Below are positions 9,023-17,780 of a stretch of 18,605 nt of DNA, piece by piece. Every line of letters begins with the position of its first letter. Position 1 is the stretch's first letter. Made by a program: the position numbers and the translations under genes. Under the pieces are notes generated by a model that saw only the letters and a list, made by a program, of their open reading frames with translations, had not been told where the DNA came from and searched no databases. The DNA is from Oligoflexus sp. (GTDB lineage: Bacteria > Bdellovibrionota_B > Oligoflexia > Oligoflexales > Oligoflexaceae). Location: assembly GCA_041736305.1 (NCBI GenBank), contig JBGSTX010000082.1, positions 1-18,605 of the forward strand, written 5' to 3'.

Positions 9023-9805
9023 TTAAAGGTTGTGCTTCGCAAAGAATTCCTTAGCGCAGCTAACGTCTTTGGAGCTGAGTCCCAGGTTCCAGTTGAACCA
9101 GCCCTTGGTCGCACAGTAATTCATCACCGAATCCTCGTCATAGCCCGAGCTGCAGGTCCATACTGCAGCACCCTCTCCAGCCTTCGTATAATGATCTTCT
9201 TTGTCGTGCTCACAGACAGGCGTCGGAGCATCAGGATGCGTATGCTCGTGAGTAAAACCAAGAATGTGGCCGAACTCGTGAAGTCCGTAATTTCGGGTGC
9301 ACTCCTTGCGTGCTTCGAGCTCGGACTTCTTACCAAAGCCTAAGAAGCCCTTTCTGCCATTGCAGTCTTTACTGCGCCAATGGCCCTCGTAGGTACGGCG
9401 AAGATTGACGACATTCGGACCCGCAGGAGGTGGCCCAATGAACGCGACGTGGGGTGAGGAGTTTGAGTCCGGGCATTGAGGGGAATTGGCGGCACAATCG
9501 AAGAAGTTCAGCTGAACCATTGCGTCGAGCATTTCGGAGCAAGGCTTCCAGCCTGCGGTCTTAACGCCTGTTTTAGCTCCCCATTCGCTTTCGACTGCAG
9601 CTTTGAATGCCTGGTTGAGTTCATCCACGTCCTCCCAACCTGTCGAGGCTGTCGTCTGCTCAAAGCAGACGGTGATCGGCTTCTTGATGGAATAGCTGCG
9701 ACCCGGGCCCGAGAACAGCGCAGTATCGCTATCCGTCGGTGTGTATTTAGTTTTGCAGCTAACGAAGATCAAACCCAATGTTATGAGCTGTGGCAAGAGG
9801 CGCAT
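9023..9805 (-). CDS. Metzincin zinc metallopeptidase lipoprotein (M12/astacin-like)
   Basis: Lipobox FVSC, zinc motif HEFGHILGFTHEH (HExxHxxGxxH), and Met-turn YDEDSVMNYC. Confidence 0.9.
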   Translation of the reverse strand: MRLLPQLITLGLIFVSCKTKYTPTDSDTALFSGPGRSYSIKKPITVCFEQTTASTGWEDVDELNQAFKAAVESEWGAKTGVKTAGWKPCSEMLDAMVQLNFFDCAANSPQCPDSNSSPHVAFIGPPPAGPNVVNLRRTYEGHWRSKDCNGRKGFLGFGKKSELEARKECTRNYGLHEFGHILGFTHEHTHPDAPTPVCEHDKEDHYTKAGEGAAVWTCSSGYDEDSVMNYCATKGWFNWNLGLSSKDVSCAKEFFAKHNL

Positions 9806-9841
9806 GAAGTCATCCTTTCCGAGAAAACATTTACGAGGGCC

Positions 9842-10624
9842 TTACTTATTTATTTGCAGGAGCTGGTCTATTTCAAGCAGGAGATTTTGCAGATATTCTC
9901 CCGCCCCCAGCTCGACCTGCCGCACGATGCCTTCTTGGTCGATCAAGAAGAAGGTCGGAACCGACGAGACGTGGTAGTCGAGGCTGATTTTTCGCTTTGG
10001 ATCTCTCACTACCGTGAACGCGAAATCTTTCTTGGCAACAAACTCTTGCACATCAGGCAGTTCTTCTTCAGTGAGCGCGAGAACGACGAGATCTTTTCTG
10101 TTCTTGGCCAGTTCATGGATAAGAGGGAGGGCAGCGCGGCAGCTAGGGCACCAGGTCGCCCAGAACTCGAGGAGGACGACTCGCCCCTTGAGGCTCTCGC
10201 TTTTGATAGTTCTATTGCCGTCTAGTGCTAGGACTTCAAAGGCGGGGGCTGGATTGCCGACGTAAAGCTTCCGCATCATGTCCCGCATATCAGGCTGCAC
10301 TTCAAGCCTGAGATTTTTCTTCAACTCTTTGCCGTGCCGGACCAAATCAATAGCGAGTGCGGAGCCAACGCCCTTCGCGTGCACGAAATCGATCAGCTGA
10401 TCTGAGGAGATTATCGGCTTGCCGTCGACGCGCAGGATTTCATCACCGACCTCAAATCCCGCCTTCTCCGCCGGCGTACCTTTGATGACGCCATTGATGA
10501 GAACCCCTTTGCTGCCGCGAGCGATACTGATACCGATCCAGGGTTTGCTAGCCTCAAGCGGCTTAGCGGACGCCAAGGGAACTTTGAGAACTAGGAAAAA
10601 CAACCAGAAAAACGCTGGACGCAC
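9842..10624 (-). CDS. Exported PDZ-domain plus TlpA/ResA-like thioredoxin fusion
   Basis: GTG start and signal peptide. PDZ segment WIGI...GTPAEKAGFEVGDEILRVDG. Redoxin segment PAPAF...LKGRVVLLEFWATWCPSC...SVPTFFLIDQEG. Confidence 0.92.
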   Translation of the reverse strand: MRPAFFWLFFLVLKVPLASAKPLEASKPWIGISIARGSKGVLINGVIKGTPAEKAGFEVGDEILRVDGKPIISSDQLIDFVHAKGVGSALAIDLVRHGKELKKNLRLEVQPDMRDMMRKLYVGNPAPAFEVLALDGNRTIKSESLKGRVVLLEFWATWCPSCRAALPLIHELAKNRKDLVVLALTEEELPDVQEFVAKKDFAFTVVRDPKRKISLDYHVSSVPTFFLIDQEGIVRQVELGAGEYLQNLLLEIDQLLQINK

Positions 10625-10638
10625 GTTCTACCACCTTG

Positions 10639-10700
10639 CCTTGATCATTTTGAAGAGCTGCCAAAAGGATAGCACATTTTGGAAGCTGCTTAGATCAAGG
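10639..10700. promoter_or_regulatory. Long imperfect inverted repeat upstream of the PDZ-TlpA gene, centred on a possible extended -10 element
   Basis: CCTTGATC (10639-10646) pairs with GATCAAGG (10693-10700). AGCT-g-CCAAAA (10656-10666) pairs with TTTTGG-a-AGCT (10677-10687). The minus strand at the centre reads TGCTATCCT. Confidence 0.45.
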
Positions 10701-10839
10701 AAAGTCGACTTACTTGCGGAAACTCATCCCAGGACCCGTCCCTGCGCGAAAGTCTCCCAAGGTGGCGAATAAATTTCTCACTGGCAACTTCGACCGCCAT
10801 CTGAATAAAAAACTCTTCTGAAGCTATGCGCTCTTTCGG

Positions 10840-11409
10840 TTAACGAGTTAAATAGACAACGGATAAGCCTCGCACTTCATCAGGAGGAGTAAGAGGAGAA
10901 GGATCAAGAAGGCGATGGCCAGAACGAGCGGTTTCCACCTGATAACGATACTCCTTGAGGCTTCCGTTGACGCAAGGACCTTTGGCTGCGAAGGCTTCGA
11001 AGGGATTCCCTTGCGCTAAGTTGCCCCAAGAGAAGCGACGCGATTTGGCGTTATCAACATTTACGTTGGGAGCGGGCACATAGGTGAAGAAGTAGGCAAT
11101 AACTTCGTTATCGACGACGGCGTTGGAAAGCTTAAAACGGTTGGTGGAAATTAGGAGTTTCGAGGCATCACCACTGAGGGCTTCGACAATGCCCTCGGCC
11201 CGCAGATCGCTACCGATTTTTATCTCCTGAGACTCAAAGCTGCCGTCGTAGGCAACATGAAAGCGAGTGATAATCTTTTTAATCGTAAAACGGGTTATGG
11301 ATGGAGTATTACGGTCTAGCTTGATAAACTCCTCGCTGGATCTGGCAGCTGCCAGGTCGGCTGACGGTTATTCATATGATCTTTGTCCGCTTAGATAAAA
11401 CGAGATCAT
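10840..11409 (-). pseudogene. Hypothetical gene interrupted by an early stop, or 5'-truncated remnant
   Basis: The frame of the 79-aa track ORF stays open upstream to 11367 (175 sense codons: PSADLAAARSSEEFIKLDRNTPSITRF...). It is preceded by TAA at 11368-11370 and an in-frame ATG at 11409. Confidence 0.55.
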
Positions 11410-11482
11410 CTCCGACCTGGGAGAGAGATCAGTCCCAATTCCTCCCACAAATTAATTGGTGGTATCCTTGTGAGAAAATTTT

Positions 11483-11956
11483 ATGAATCAAGTTTATCGG
11501 CTTCTTCTCGTGGGGTGTTTTGTTTGCAGCAGTGCTTGTGCTACTAAACAGCAGGATGACTTGCTGCCGACTCCCATTTTTACGGCAGTACCCGAGGTTG
11601 ATCTCAGCGTCGGCGTTGTGAATGAAGTGGCCCGCACGATCAAAAAAGTCGATATCACGGTGACCCTGCTGGAACAGAGCAGCTGTACAGTCGTTTTTCC
11701 TTATAATCTGCTTCGCTTTGAATTGCTGAGCACGGTCGAGCCTGATCTTGTGGTCAAGGCTGTGGAACCCGTTCGGCGTACCTTCAGTTTTATCGAGCGA
11801 CTGGAGGATAACCAGACCTATGCGGCCCGCATCATCTATCTGCCGCTCGACCGGGAGCTTGTTAAAAAAACATTTATTGCGACCCAGGGCGACCTCGACC
11901 TGGGCCTGAGTCTGCCCTGCCGGGACGGTCTGGGGCTACGAGCCCCTAGTCGGTAG
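11483..11956 (+). CDS. Hypothetical small lipoprotein, probably beta-rich
   Basis: Lipobox-like SSAC after a hydrophobic stretch, 157-aa ORF, two further Cys in the mature part. Confidence 0.75.
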   Translation: MNQVYRLLLVGCFVCSSACATKQQDDLLPTPIFTAVPEVDLSVGVVNEVARTIKKVDITVTLLEQSSCTVVFPYNLLRFELLSTVEPDLVVKAVEPVRRTFSFIERLEDNQTYAARIIYLPLDRELVKKTFIATQGDLDLGLSLPCRDGLGLRAPSR

Positions 11957-11998
11957 CTTATTTTCCGGTCTGATTAAGCAATTGACGTGCGCCATGCC

Positions 11999-14900
11999 TC
12001 AGGGACTAACAGTAATCGTAAGCGTTTGCACGGATGAGTCGTTAACACCATCGGTTACGACAAATGAAACCGTACATGTCCCCACATCACCAGCCTGAGG
12101 CGTTCCGCGGAGCCTCATATTCATTCGTGAATTTTGAGCAGATACCCATAAACAGCTATGATCTTTTAAGATTTTGATGGAAAATTTGTCATCCGCATCA
12201 TTGTCGGTGGCTGAAATCGTACAGAGGTAATTAATATTCGTAGTCGCTGTCGCTGCACAGCTGGAAGTCACCACAGGGGCGTGAATAAGATCGCTGCGCA
12301 GAGTGGGAAAGGCATTGGCATTTTCGCGCCAGACGTCAGTAAAGTTAAAATTGGAGAGTGGGAGCTTGGTCTGATCGTAAAAATCACTGAAGGTACCGAC
12401 GGAACTACCAATCAAATTACCACAATTACCAGCTCCATCATTCGTACACTCAGCGCCCGACCAATAATAACTAGCTCCCGCAAGGCCGTTTGTACTGGTG
12501 TCCTCGCCAATCATGATGGAAACGTCATTACCCGCACTATTCCCAATGATATTGCCCGTCGTGAAAAAATTGTTGCCGGACATCGTCGAGAAGCTATAGA
12601 AAACACCAATCAGGCCACCCGCTTGAGAAAATTGTCCTGAAATATTAACCGCAGCATAGGATCGATTGACATTCAGACTTGATGAGTCGAGACTTCCTGC
12701 AATCCCACCAGCTCTCTCTTGAACTGCCCCATTGCCCGTAATTGTTCCGCGCGCATATGAATCATAGACCGAAAAGCCATTGATCGTAGAGCCTCCCAAT
12801 CCACCCAAATCAGCTTCGCCGCTGATCGAAACATCCGCAAAAGAACGATAAATTGATTGCCCTTCGCAAGATTGGCCGAGTAGTCCGCCTAGTGCTTGGC
12901 CGCCACTTATTGATCCAACAAACGAACTGCGCCGTATCGGTTCATTACATCCAGATCCGTACAGACCACCGATATAATCGCGACCGGTGATCGCACCTCG
13001 CACGGTCGTCTTTTGCATGAGACTTGCGTAAGTCCCCCCAAAGATACCACCGAGATCGTCACGCCCAGAAATATTAACATCCAGTTCGGCGTCATAGGCG
13101 ACGCATTCTTGCCAGCAATAGCCCACTATCCCTCCGCCCAAGTCCTGGCTCAGGCTGACTTGTCCGGAGGCGACGACATGAAAGATCGAAATACTTTGGC
13201 CTCCCCCAATATAAAGCCCGACCCCTCTCAGGCCCTCGACAGCTCCGTTAAGGACATCGCTATTCGTTATAGTGGTGTTCGTGGCTTGACCTATCAAAGA
13301 GCCGACATACTGAGAGTTTGGAACCGTGATGGAAGAATCTTTAAGGTTCATGCTATCAATCAAAGCTTTGTCCGAAACACCAAATAAACCGATATAATCG
13401 CCACTTGAAGCCGTCACGGTCAGGTTGTGGATGGTTTTATTCTGGCCGAAATAGCGCCCCCGAAAAGGATTAGCCACGGTTCCGATCGGCGTAAAATTTT
13501 GTTGACTGAGTTCGACATCAGCAGCCTGCTGAAACCACGAACTGAAATCGCTAGTGCGTTGGCTGATCTGGCTCAACTGGGCCGCCGTGCAGATGATATA
13601 GGGAGAATTTTGAGTGCCACTCCCAGCCGCATAGGGTGTATTTGTCAGCAGACTACCCCGACAGCCGTCGCTGCTCGGAATCCAGCTCTCACTCACCACC
13701 TCTTCACTGACATTGCCAGCCAGATCCACGGCCCGCATCTTCATATAGTACGCTCGATAAGGATCAAGTTCGAGCGCATCAAGCGCAGAACCAGAAGCGA
13801 GTACTCTCCAAGGCTCGGCGACTCCATGATCGTCAGCCCGGTGAACTTGAACCTCATAACGAGCGACAGCCGACTCCTGGTCCTGACTTGCTGTCCAGCT
13901 TGCAGGCGGGCTTTCACTCGTCCCCGATGGGATGGCTCCAAGCGTAAAGCCCACGGGTGAACTAGTAGGGACCCCGGTGTCACGGATAATTTGCTGAGAT
14001 TTGCCGTAAGCTGCGTTACCAGCAGCATCCCGCAGGCGCACGCAGATGGCCCAGGGGCCATCGGATGTCATCGTATCAACGCCAGGCACCGAGGCTTCGC
14101 TATAGCTCTTGCCCGCGTTACAAACAAGGGCCCCGCCGCTGTCATCAAGCGGCAGAGTATAATCGCTCGTCGTCGCACCCGATGAGACTAGGGCCCAGGC
14201 GGCTAGTGTCGAGGTCTTTTCGCTATTATTGATAAAGCCATCGCTCGCGCCATTAGCCCCAGCAAGCGAAGTAAAGACTGGGGCCGCTATGTCGTGAACA
14301 ATGGTCTGAGATTTGCCATAAATGATATTGCCGGCAGCATCTGTCAGCCTCACGCAGACGGCATAGCTTCCATCTGCAGTAAGAGCGCTAATAGCTGGTA
14401 CAGCCGACTGGTTATAGGTCTTGCCGCTATTGCAGGTGATGGGGGTACTATCATCGAGTGCAACGGTATAGTCAATCGCAGTCGAACCGCTCGAGATTAA
14501 GCTTATCAGGGGCGCAGCCGATGACTCTTCTCCGCTTTTAATATAACCATCCGAGGCCTCATTCACTCCATTCAGCGAAGTGAAAGTCGGCGCCACGATG
14601 TCTCGAACAATTTGGGCTGACTTTCCATACACGACGTTACCCACCTCATCTGAAAGCTGCACGCAGATGGCAAAGGCTCCATCGCTACCCACCCCAGCTG
14701 GCGTTGCGATTGCCGATTGCCCGTAAGTTTTACTGGCATTACAGACTAAAGAATTCGAAGTATCGCTAAGAGGCAGCGTATAGGCCGTCTCCGACTGACC
14801 CGAAGCCGTTAGTGCCCAAAGCGCTGTAGCCAAGGCCTTTTCACTATCGTTGATATAGCCATCGCTCCCTGCCCCTGATAAGCCTAAGGAGGTAAACATA

Positions 14901-17392
14901 GGAGCCACAATATCGCGAACAATCTGCTGGGACTTTCCATAAGTCGTATTTCCAGCGGCATCCCTGATGCGCACACAGATGGCCCAAGGCTTATCGGCGT
15001 TCATCGCATCAACGTGTGGAATCGAGCTTTGATTATAAGTCTGCGTCCCATTGCAGCTAAGAGGGGTGGTATCATCGAGCGGCAGCGTATAGTCAGTCGT
15101 CGAGGCCCCCGAGGATAGCAGCGCCCAGGCTGCAAGGATCGAAGCCTTTTCACCATCGTTGATAAAGCCATCGGCAGCTTCGTTAGCTCCATTAAGGGAA
15201 GTAAAGACCGGTGCCACGATATCGCGAACCACCGCCTGCGATTTGTCATAACTCGTATTGCCCGCCGCATCGCGCAGCCTCACGCATACGGCAAAGGTCC
15301 CATCGCTGCTCAATGAGTTAACCGTGGGCACGCTCGCCTGGTCATAAGTTTTGCTGCTATCACAGCTCACCGAGCTAGGGCTATCGCTCAAGCCTACGGT
15401 GAAGTCAGCCGACGTCTGACCGCTAGCTGATAAAGTAAAGAGAGGAAGGACCGAGGCTTCTTCGCCTGACTTGATATAAAGGTCGCTCGCCTCGTTGGTG
15501 CCGTTAAGCGAGCTAAAGCTTGGGCCCACGATATCGCGGATGAGCTGCCCTGATTTTCCATAAGTGATATTGCCTGCTGCGTCGGTAAGCTTCACGCAGA
15601 CGGCATAGGGAGCGTCACTCGATAGAGAAGCCGGCGTTGCTATCGCGCTCTGATTATAGCTTTGTGTCGCATCACAGACGATTGTACCCGTATCATCAAG
15701 GGCCAGGGTATAAGATGCTGTCGATTGACCCGAAGCTGTAAGCGAAAACAGCGCCGTCATCAAAAGCTTTTCGCTATCATTGATATAGCCGTCAGCTGCA
15801 GCTCCACTCACCGCTAATGACGTGAATACCGGAAAGACAGTATCGCGCGTGATTCGCTGTGATTTGCCATAGGCCGCAGCCCCAGAGGCATCGGTGAGTT
15901 TGACACAAATCACCCAGGTGCTATCGGTCAAACTAGAAATCAGAGGAATGCTGCCCTGGCTATAGGTCTTGCTTGCATCACAGCTAAGGGTCCCGGTCGT
16001 ATCATCAAGGGGCACCGAGTAAGTAGCAGTCGCATAGTCAGTAGCCGCAAGCGTCCAAGCTGCCAAACCCGAGCTCTTTTCGCTATCATTAATCATAGCA
16101 TCGCTGGCCCCGTTAGCGCCGAGTAGGGAAGTAAAGCTAGGCACCGTCAAGGTATAAGCGATGCTAGCGCTGCTGCCATAAGCAGGCGGGTTAAGTGCCT
16201 CATCTTGGACCCGAACGCAGACCTTATAGCTGCCCGCCAGCACAAAGCGCGCATCATCACTGCGAGGAATCGCGGCAGCATAGCTTAGCGGGCCCGAGCA
16301 GTTGCTGGCAGCATCGGCTAAGGCATACTGAATATCGAAGGCATCGCTAGCCACTAGACTGCCAACCAAATCCAGCGCCGAGCTATGCTCAGCAGGGCTA
16401 AGTGCTGCATCAAGTGCTGGCCCGTTCAAGGCAATGGAGGTGAAGCTAGCCGGCAGGGTGTCGACTCTAAAGCTATTGCTGCGGCCGAATGTGCTCAGCC
16501 CCGTTTCGTCTATAAGTTGGATGCAGATCTGGTAGTGACCATCCTGAGACAAGGCCGGGCTGTTGGCTGCAGGCGCAAGCTCACTAAAGCTAAGCTGCCC
16601 ATCACAAGGCGCTTCAAAGGCGATCACTTGATAGCCGACCTTGACAAAGCCATCGCCGACAAGATTTCCAACCACAGAAGCCGATCCAGACCGTTCCAAT
16701 GAATTAACGAAGCCATCGCTTGCCGCATTAATCAAAGCAGCAGAGACAAAGACCGGCGGCGTCTGATCCCACATAAAGCTGCGCCTGATGACGGCCGTCT
16801 GCCCAGACTTATCGCGCAACTCGCCACGGACTACATAGAGGCCGTCTTTATCTGCCTTGGTCATGGGCTTAAGCACATGAATATCATCAAAGGCGACCAA
16901 GCCTGGTCCAGATTCCTGAGACCAAGTAATATCCAGCCCCGCGATATCATCGAGCGGACATTGTATACTAAATTCGCGATCATAGGTGGACATGTCGTTC
17001 ATCTGATCCTGATCGGCCTCATAGATAACGAAGCTATAGCCATTATTGACCGCCGGATAACTGATCCCGCCAGCATCGGCAAAAAGGCAAAGGTAGTAGC
17101 GACCATTTGCAAGGCCTTCAAACGACGCCGACAGTTCCTTAGTGCTAAGCGTTTTAACGGGCTCACCCTCGCAGCTAGCATGGTGGCTGACCAAGACTCG
17201 GTAGTTAAGTTTTTGCGATAGGGGCGTCCACTTCATCGTAATGTTCGGTGATAAAAAAAGTTTTTCGACATTGTTAATCTGAAATGCGGCCAGGCTATCG
17301 GATAGGGGACGCTCCACAAGCGTCACACGTAAATTGGCCTCACAAGCGATTTGCAAGAGGAGAAAGCTAATTATGAGGCCAAACTTAAACAT
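11999..17392 (-). CDS. Giant modular surface lipoprotein / putative adhesin: FN3-like, PKD-like, 9 Ig-like repeats, FN3-like, GLUG-type region, Ig/cadherin-like C-terminus
   Basis: Lipobox QIAC. WSQESGP...DGLY is PKD-like. Repeats end CV-x-L-x-DAAGN. WTASQD...YEVQ...RAVDLAGN is FN3-like. GSGTQNSPYII-x-TAAQL, FTPIG...F-x-G-x-Y-x-G...I-x-NL, IGLFG, many GG-x-x-G units and FNFTDVW...FPTL mark a GLUG-type region. SATDND...LRGTP...VTDG is Ig/cadherin-like. Confidence 0.9.
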   Translation of the reverse strand: MFKFGLIISFLLLQIACEANLRVTLVERPLSDSLAAFQINNVEKLFLSPNITMKWTPLSQKLNYRVLVSHHASCEGEPVKTLSTKELSASFEGLANGRYYLCLFADAGGISYPAVNNGYSFVIYEADQDQMNDMSTYDREFSIQCPLDDIAGLDITWSQESGPGLVAFDDIHVLKPMTKADKDGLYVVRGELRDKSGQTAVIRRSFMWDQTPPVFVSAALINAASDGFVNSLERSGSASVVGNLVGDGFVKVGYQVIAFEAPCDGQLSFSELAPAANSPALSQDGHYQICIQLIDETGLSTFGRSNSFRVDTLPASFTSIALNGPALDAALSPAEHSSALDLVGSLVASDAFDIQYALADAASNCSGPLSYAAAIPRSDDARFVLAGSYKVCVRVQDEALNPPAYGSSASIAYTLTVPSFTSLLGANGASDAMINDSEKSSGLAAWTLAATDYATATYSVPLDDTTGTLSCDASKTYSQGSIPLISSLTDSTWVICVKLTDASGAAAYGKSQRITRDTVFPVFTSLAVSGAAADGYINDSEKLLMTALFSLTASGQSTASYTLALDDTGTIVCDATQSYNQSAIATPASLSSDAPYAVCVKLTDAAGNITYGKSGQLIRDIVGPSFSSLNGTNEASDLYIKSGEEASVLPLFTLSASGQTSADFTVGLSDSPSSVSCDSSKTYDQASVPTVNSLSSDGTFAVCVRLRDAAGNTSYDKSQAVVRDIVAPVFTSLNGANEAADGFINDGEKASILAAWALLSSGASTTDYTLPLDDTTPLSCNGTQTYNQSSIPHVDAMNADKPWAICVRIRDAAGNTTYGKSQQIVRDIVAPMFTSLGLSGAGSDGYINDSEKALATALWALTASGQSETAYTLPLSDTSNSLVCNASKTYGQSAIATPAGVGSDGAFAICVQLSDEVGNVVYGKSAQIVRDIVAPTFTSLNGVNEASDGYIKSGEESSAAPLISLISSGSTAIDYTVALDDSTPITCNSGKTYNQSAVPAISALTADGSYAVCVRLTDAAGNIIYGKSQTIVHDIAAPVFTSLAGANGASDGFINNSEKTSTLAAWALVSSGATTSDYTLPLDDSGGALVCNAGKSYSEASVPGVDTMTSDGPWAICVRLRDAAGNAAYGKSQQIIRDTGVPTSSPVGFTLGAIPSGTSESPPASWTASQDQESAVARYEVQVHRADDHGVAEPWRVLASGSALDALELDPYRAYYMKMRAVDLAGNVSEEVVSESWIPSSDGCRGSLLTNTPYAAGSGTQNSPYIICTAAQLSQISQRTSDFSSWFQQAADVELSQQNFTPIGTVANPFRGRYFGQNKTIHNLTVTASSGDYIGLFGVSDKALIDSMNLKDSSITVPNSQYVGSLIGQATNTTITNSDVLNGAVEGLRGVGLYIGGGQSISIFHVVASGQVSLSQDLGGGIVGYCWQECVAYDAELDVNISGRDDLGGIFGGTYASLMQKTTVRGAITGRDYIGGLYGSGCNEPIRRSSFVGSISGGQALGGLLGQSCEGQSIYRSFADVSISGEADLGGLGGSTINGFSVYDSYARGTITGNGAVQERAGGIAGSLDSSSLNVNRSYAAVNISGQFSQAGGLIGVFYSFSTMSGNNFFTTGNIIGNSAGNDVSIMIGEDTSTNGLAGASYYWSGAECTNDGAGNCGNLIGSSVGTFSDFYDQTKLPLSNFNFTDVWRENANAFPTLRSDLIHAPVVTSSCAATATTNINYLCTISATDNDADDKFSIKILKDHSCLWVSAQNSRMNMRLRGTPQAGDVGTCTVSFVVTDGVNDSSVQTLTITVSP
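13982..16768 (-). repeat. Nine tandem intragenic repeats of ~103 aa (~309-312 bp), residues 209-1137
   Basis: Unit starts at 16768, 16462, 16153, 15844, 15535, 15223, 14914, 14602 and 14293. Consensus D-x-x-x-P-x-FTSL-x-G-x-N-x-ASDG-x-IN-x-x-E...Y...C...Y-x-Q...P...DG-x-x-A-x-CV-x-L-x-DAAGN-x-x-YGKS. Two Cys per unit. Confidence 0.92.
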
Positions 17393-17780
17393 GCATTTTG
17401 TCCGGGCTCAGGATTCCAGCGTGATTAACCAGAGTTCCACTAGTTTTTAGTCCCACGCAGCCTCTGAAAGATTACAAAGATCGTAAGAATTTCCCGCAAA
17501 GATCCGTCTTATCCTTTCTTGGCAAAGACCCTATCGCCATCCGAATGGTAAAATTTAACAGCGGCGTTAAGCCGATAAAACATAAGCAGATTTCCATGAC
17601 AATAGACCTGTATGGCAATTTGAAGGCAGCGGATGTTGGGATTGTTAGTCCGTGACTGCTCGCTGCTACTTATTTGTTACCGAACCCGAACGCTCTATTT
17701 TGAGCGCGACGCTGAGCTGCAAATAGCCTTCGCACCAAGCAGTAAAACCAAAGAAATACCGGATTGTTATTCGCGCTTCC

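Noticed and set aside
11352..11420. 9-bp inverted repeat CCAGGTCGG/CCGACCTGG as an invertible switch restoring the 10840 ORF
   Set aside because: Inverting the enclosed 51 bp by hand still leaves an in-frame TAA, and there is no recombinase in the window.
13982..16768. Repeats as a CRISPR array or DGR template/variable pair
   Set aside because: Units are ~310 bp, in-frame coding and diverged at all four bases. No cas gene or reverse transcriptase is present.
17490..17580. Possible c-di-GMP-I (GEMM) riboswitch suggested by GCAAA/GGCAAA motifs
   Set aside because: Motif order, GNRA stem and receptor stem do not fit the consensus.
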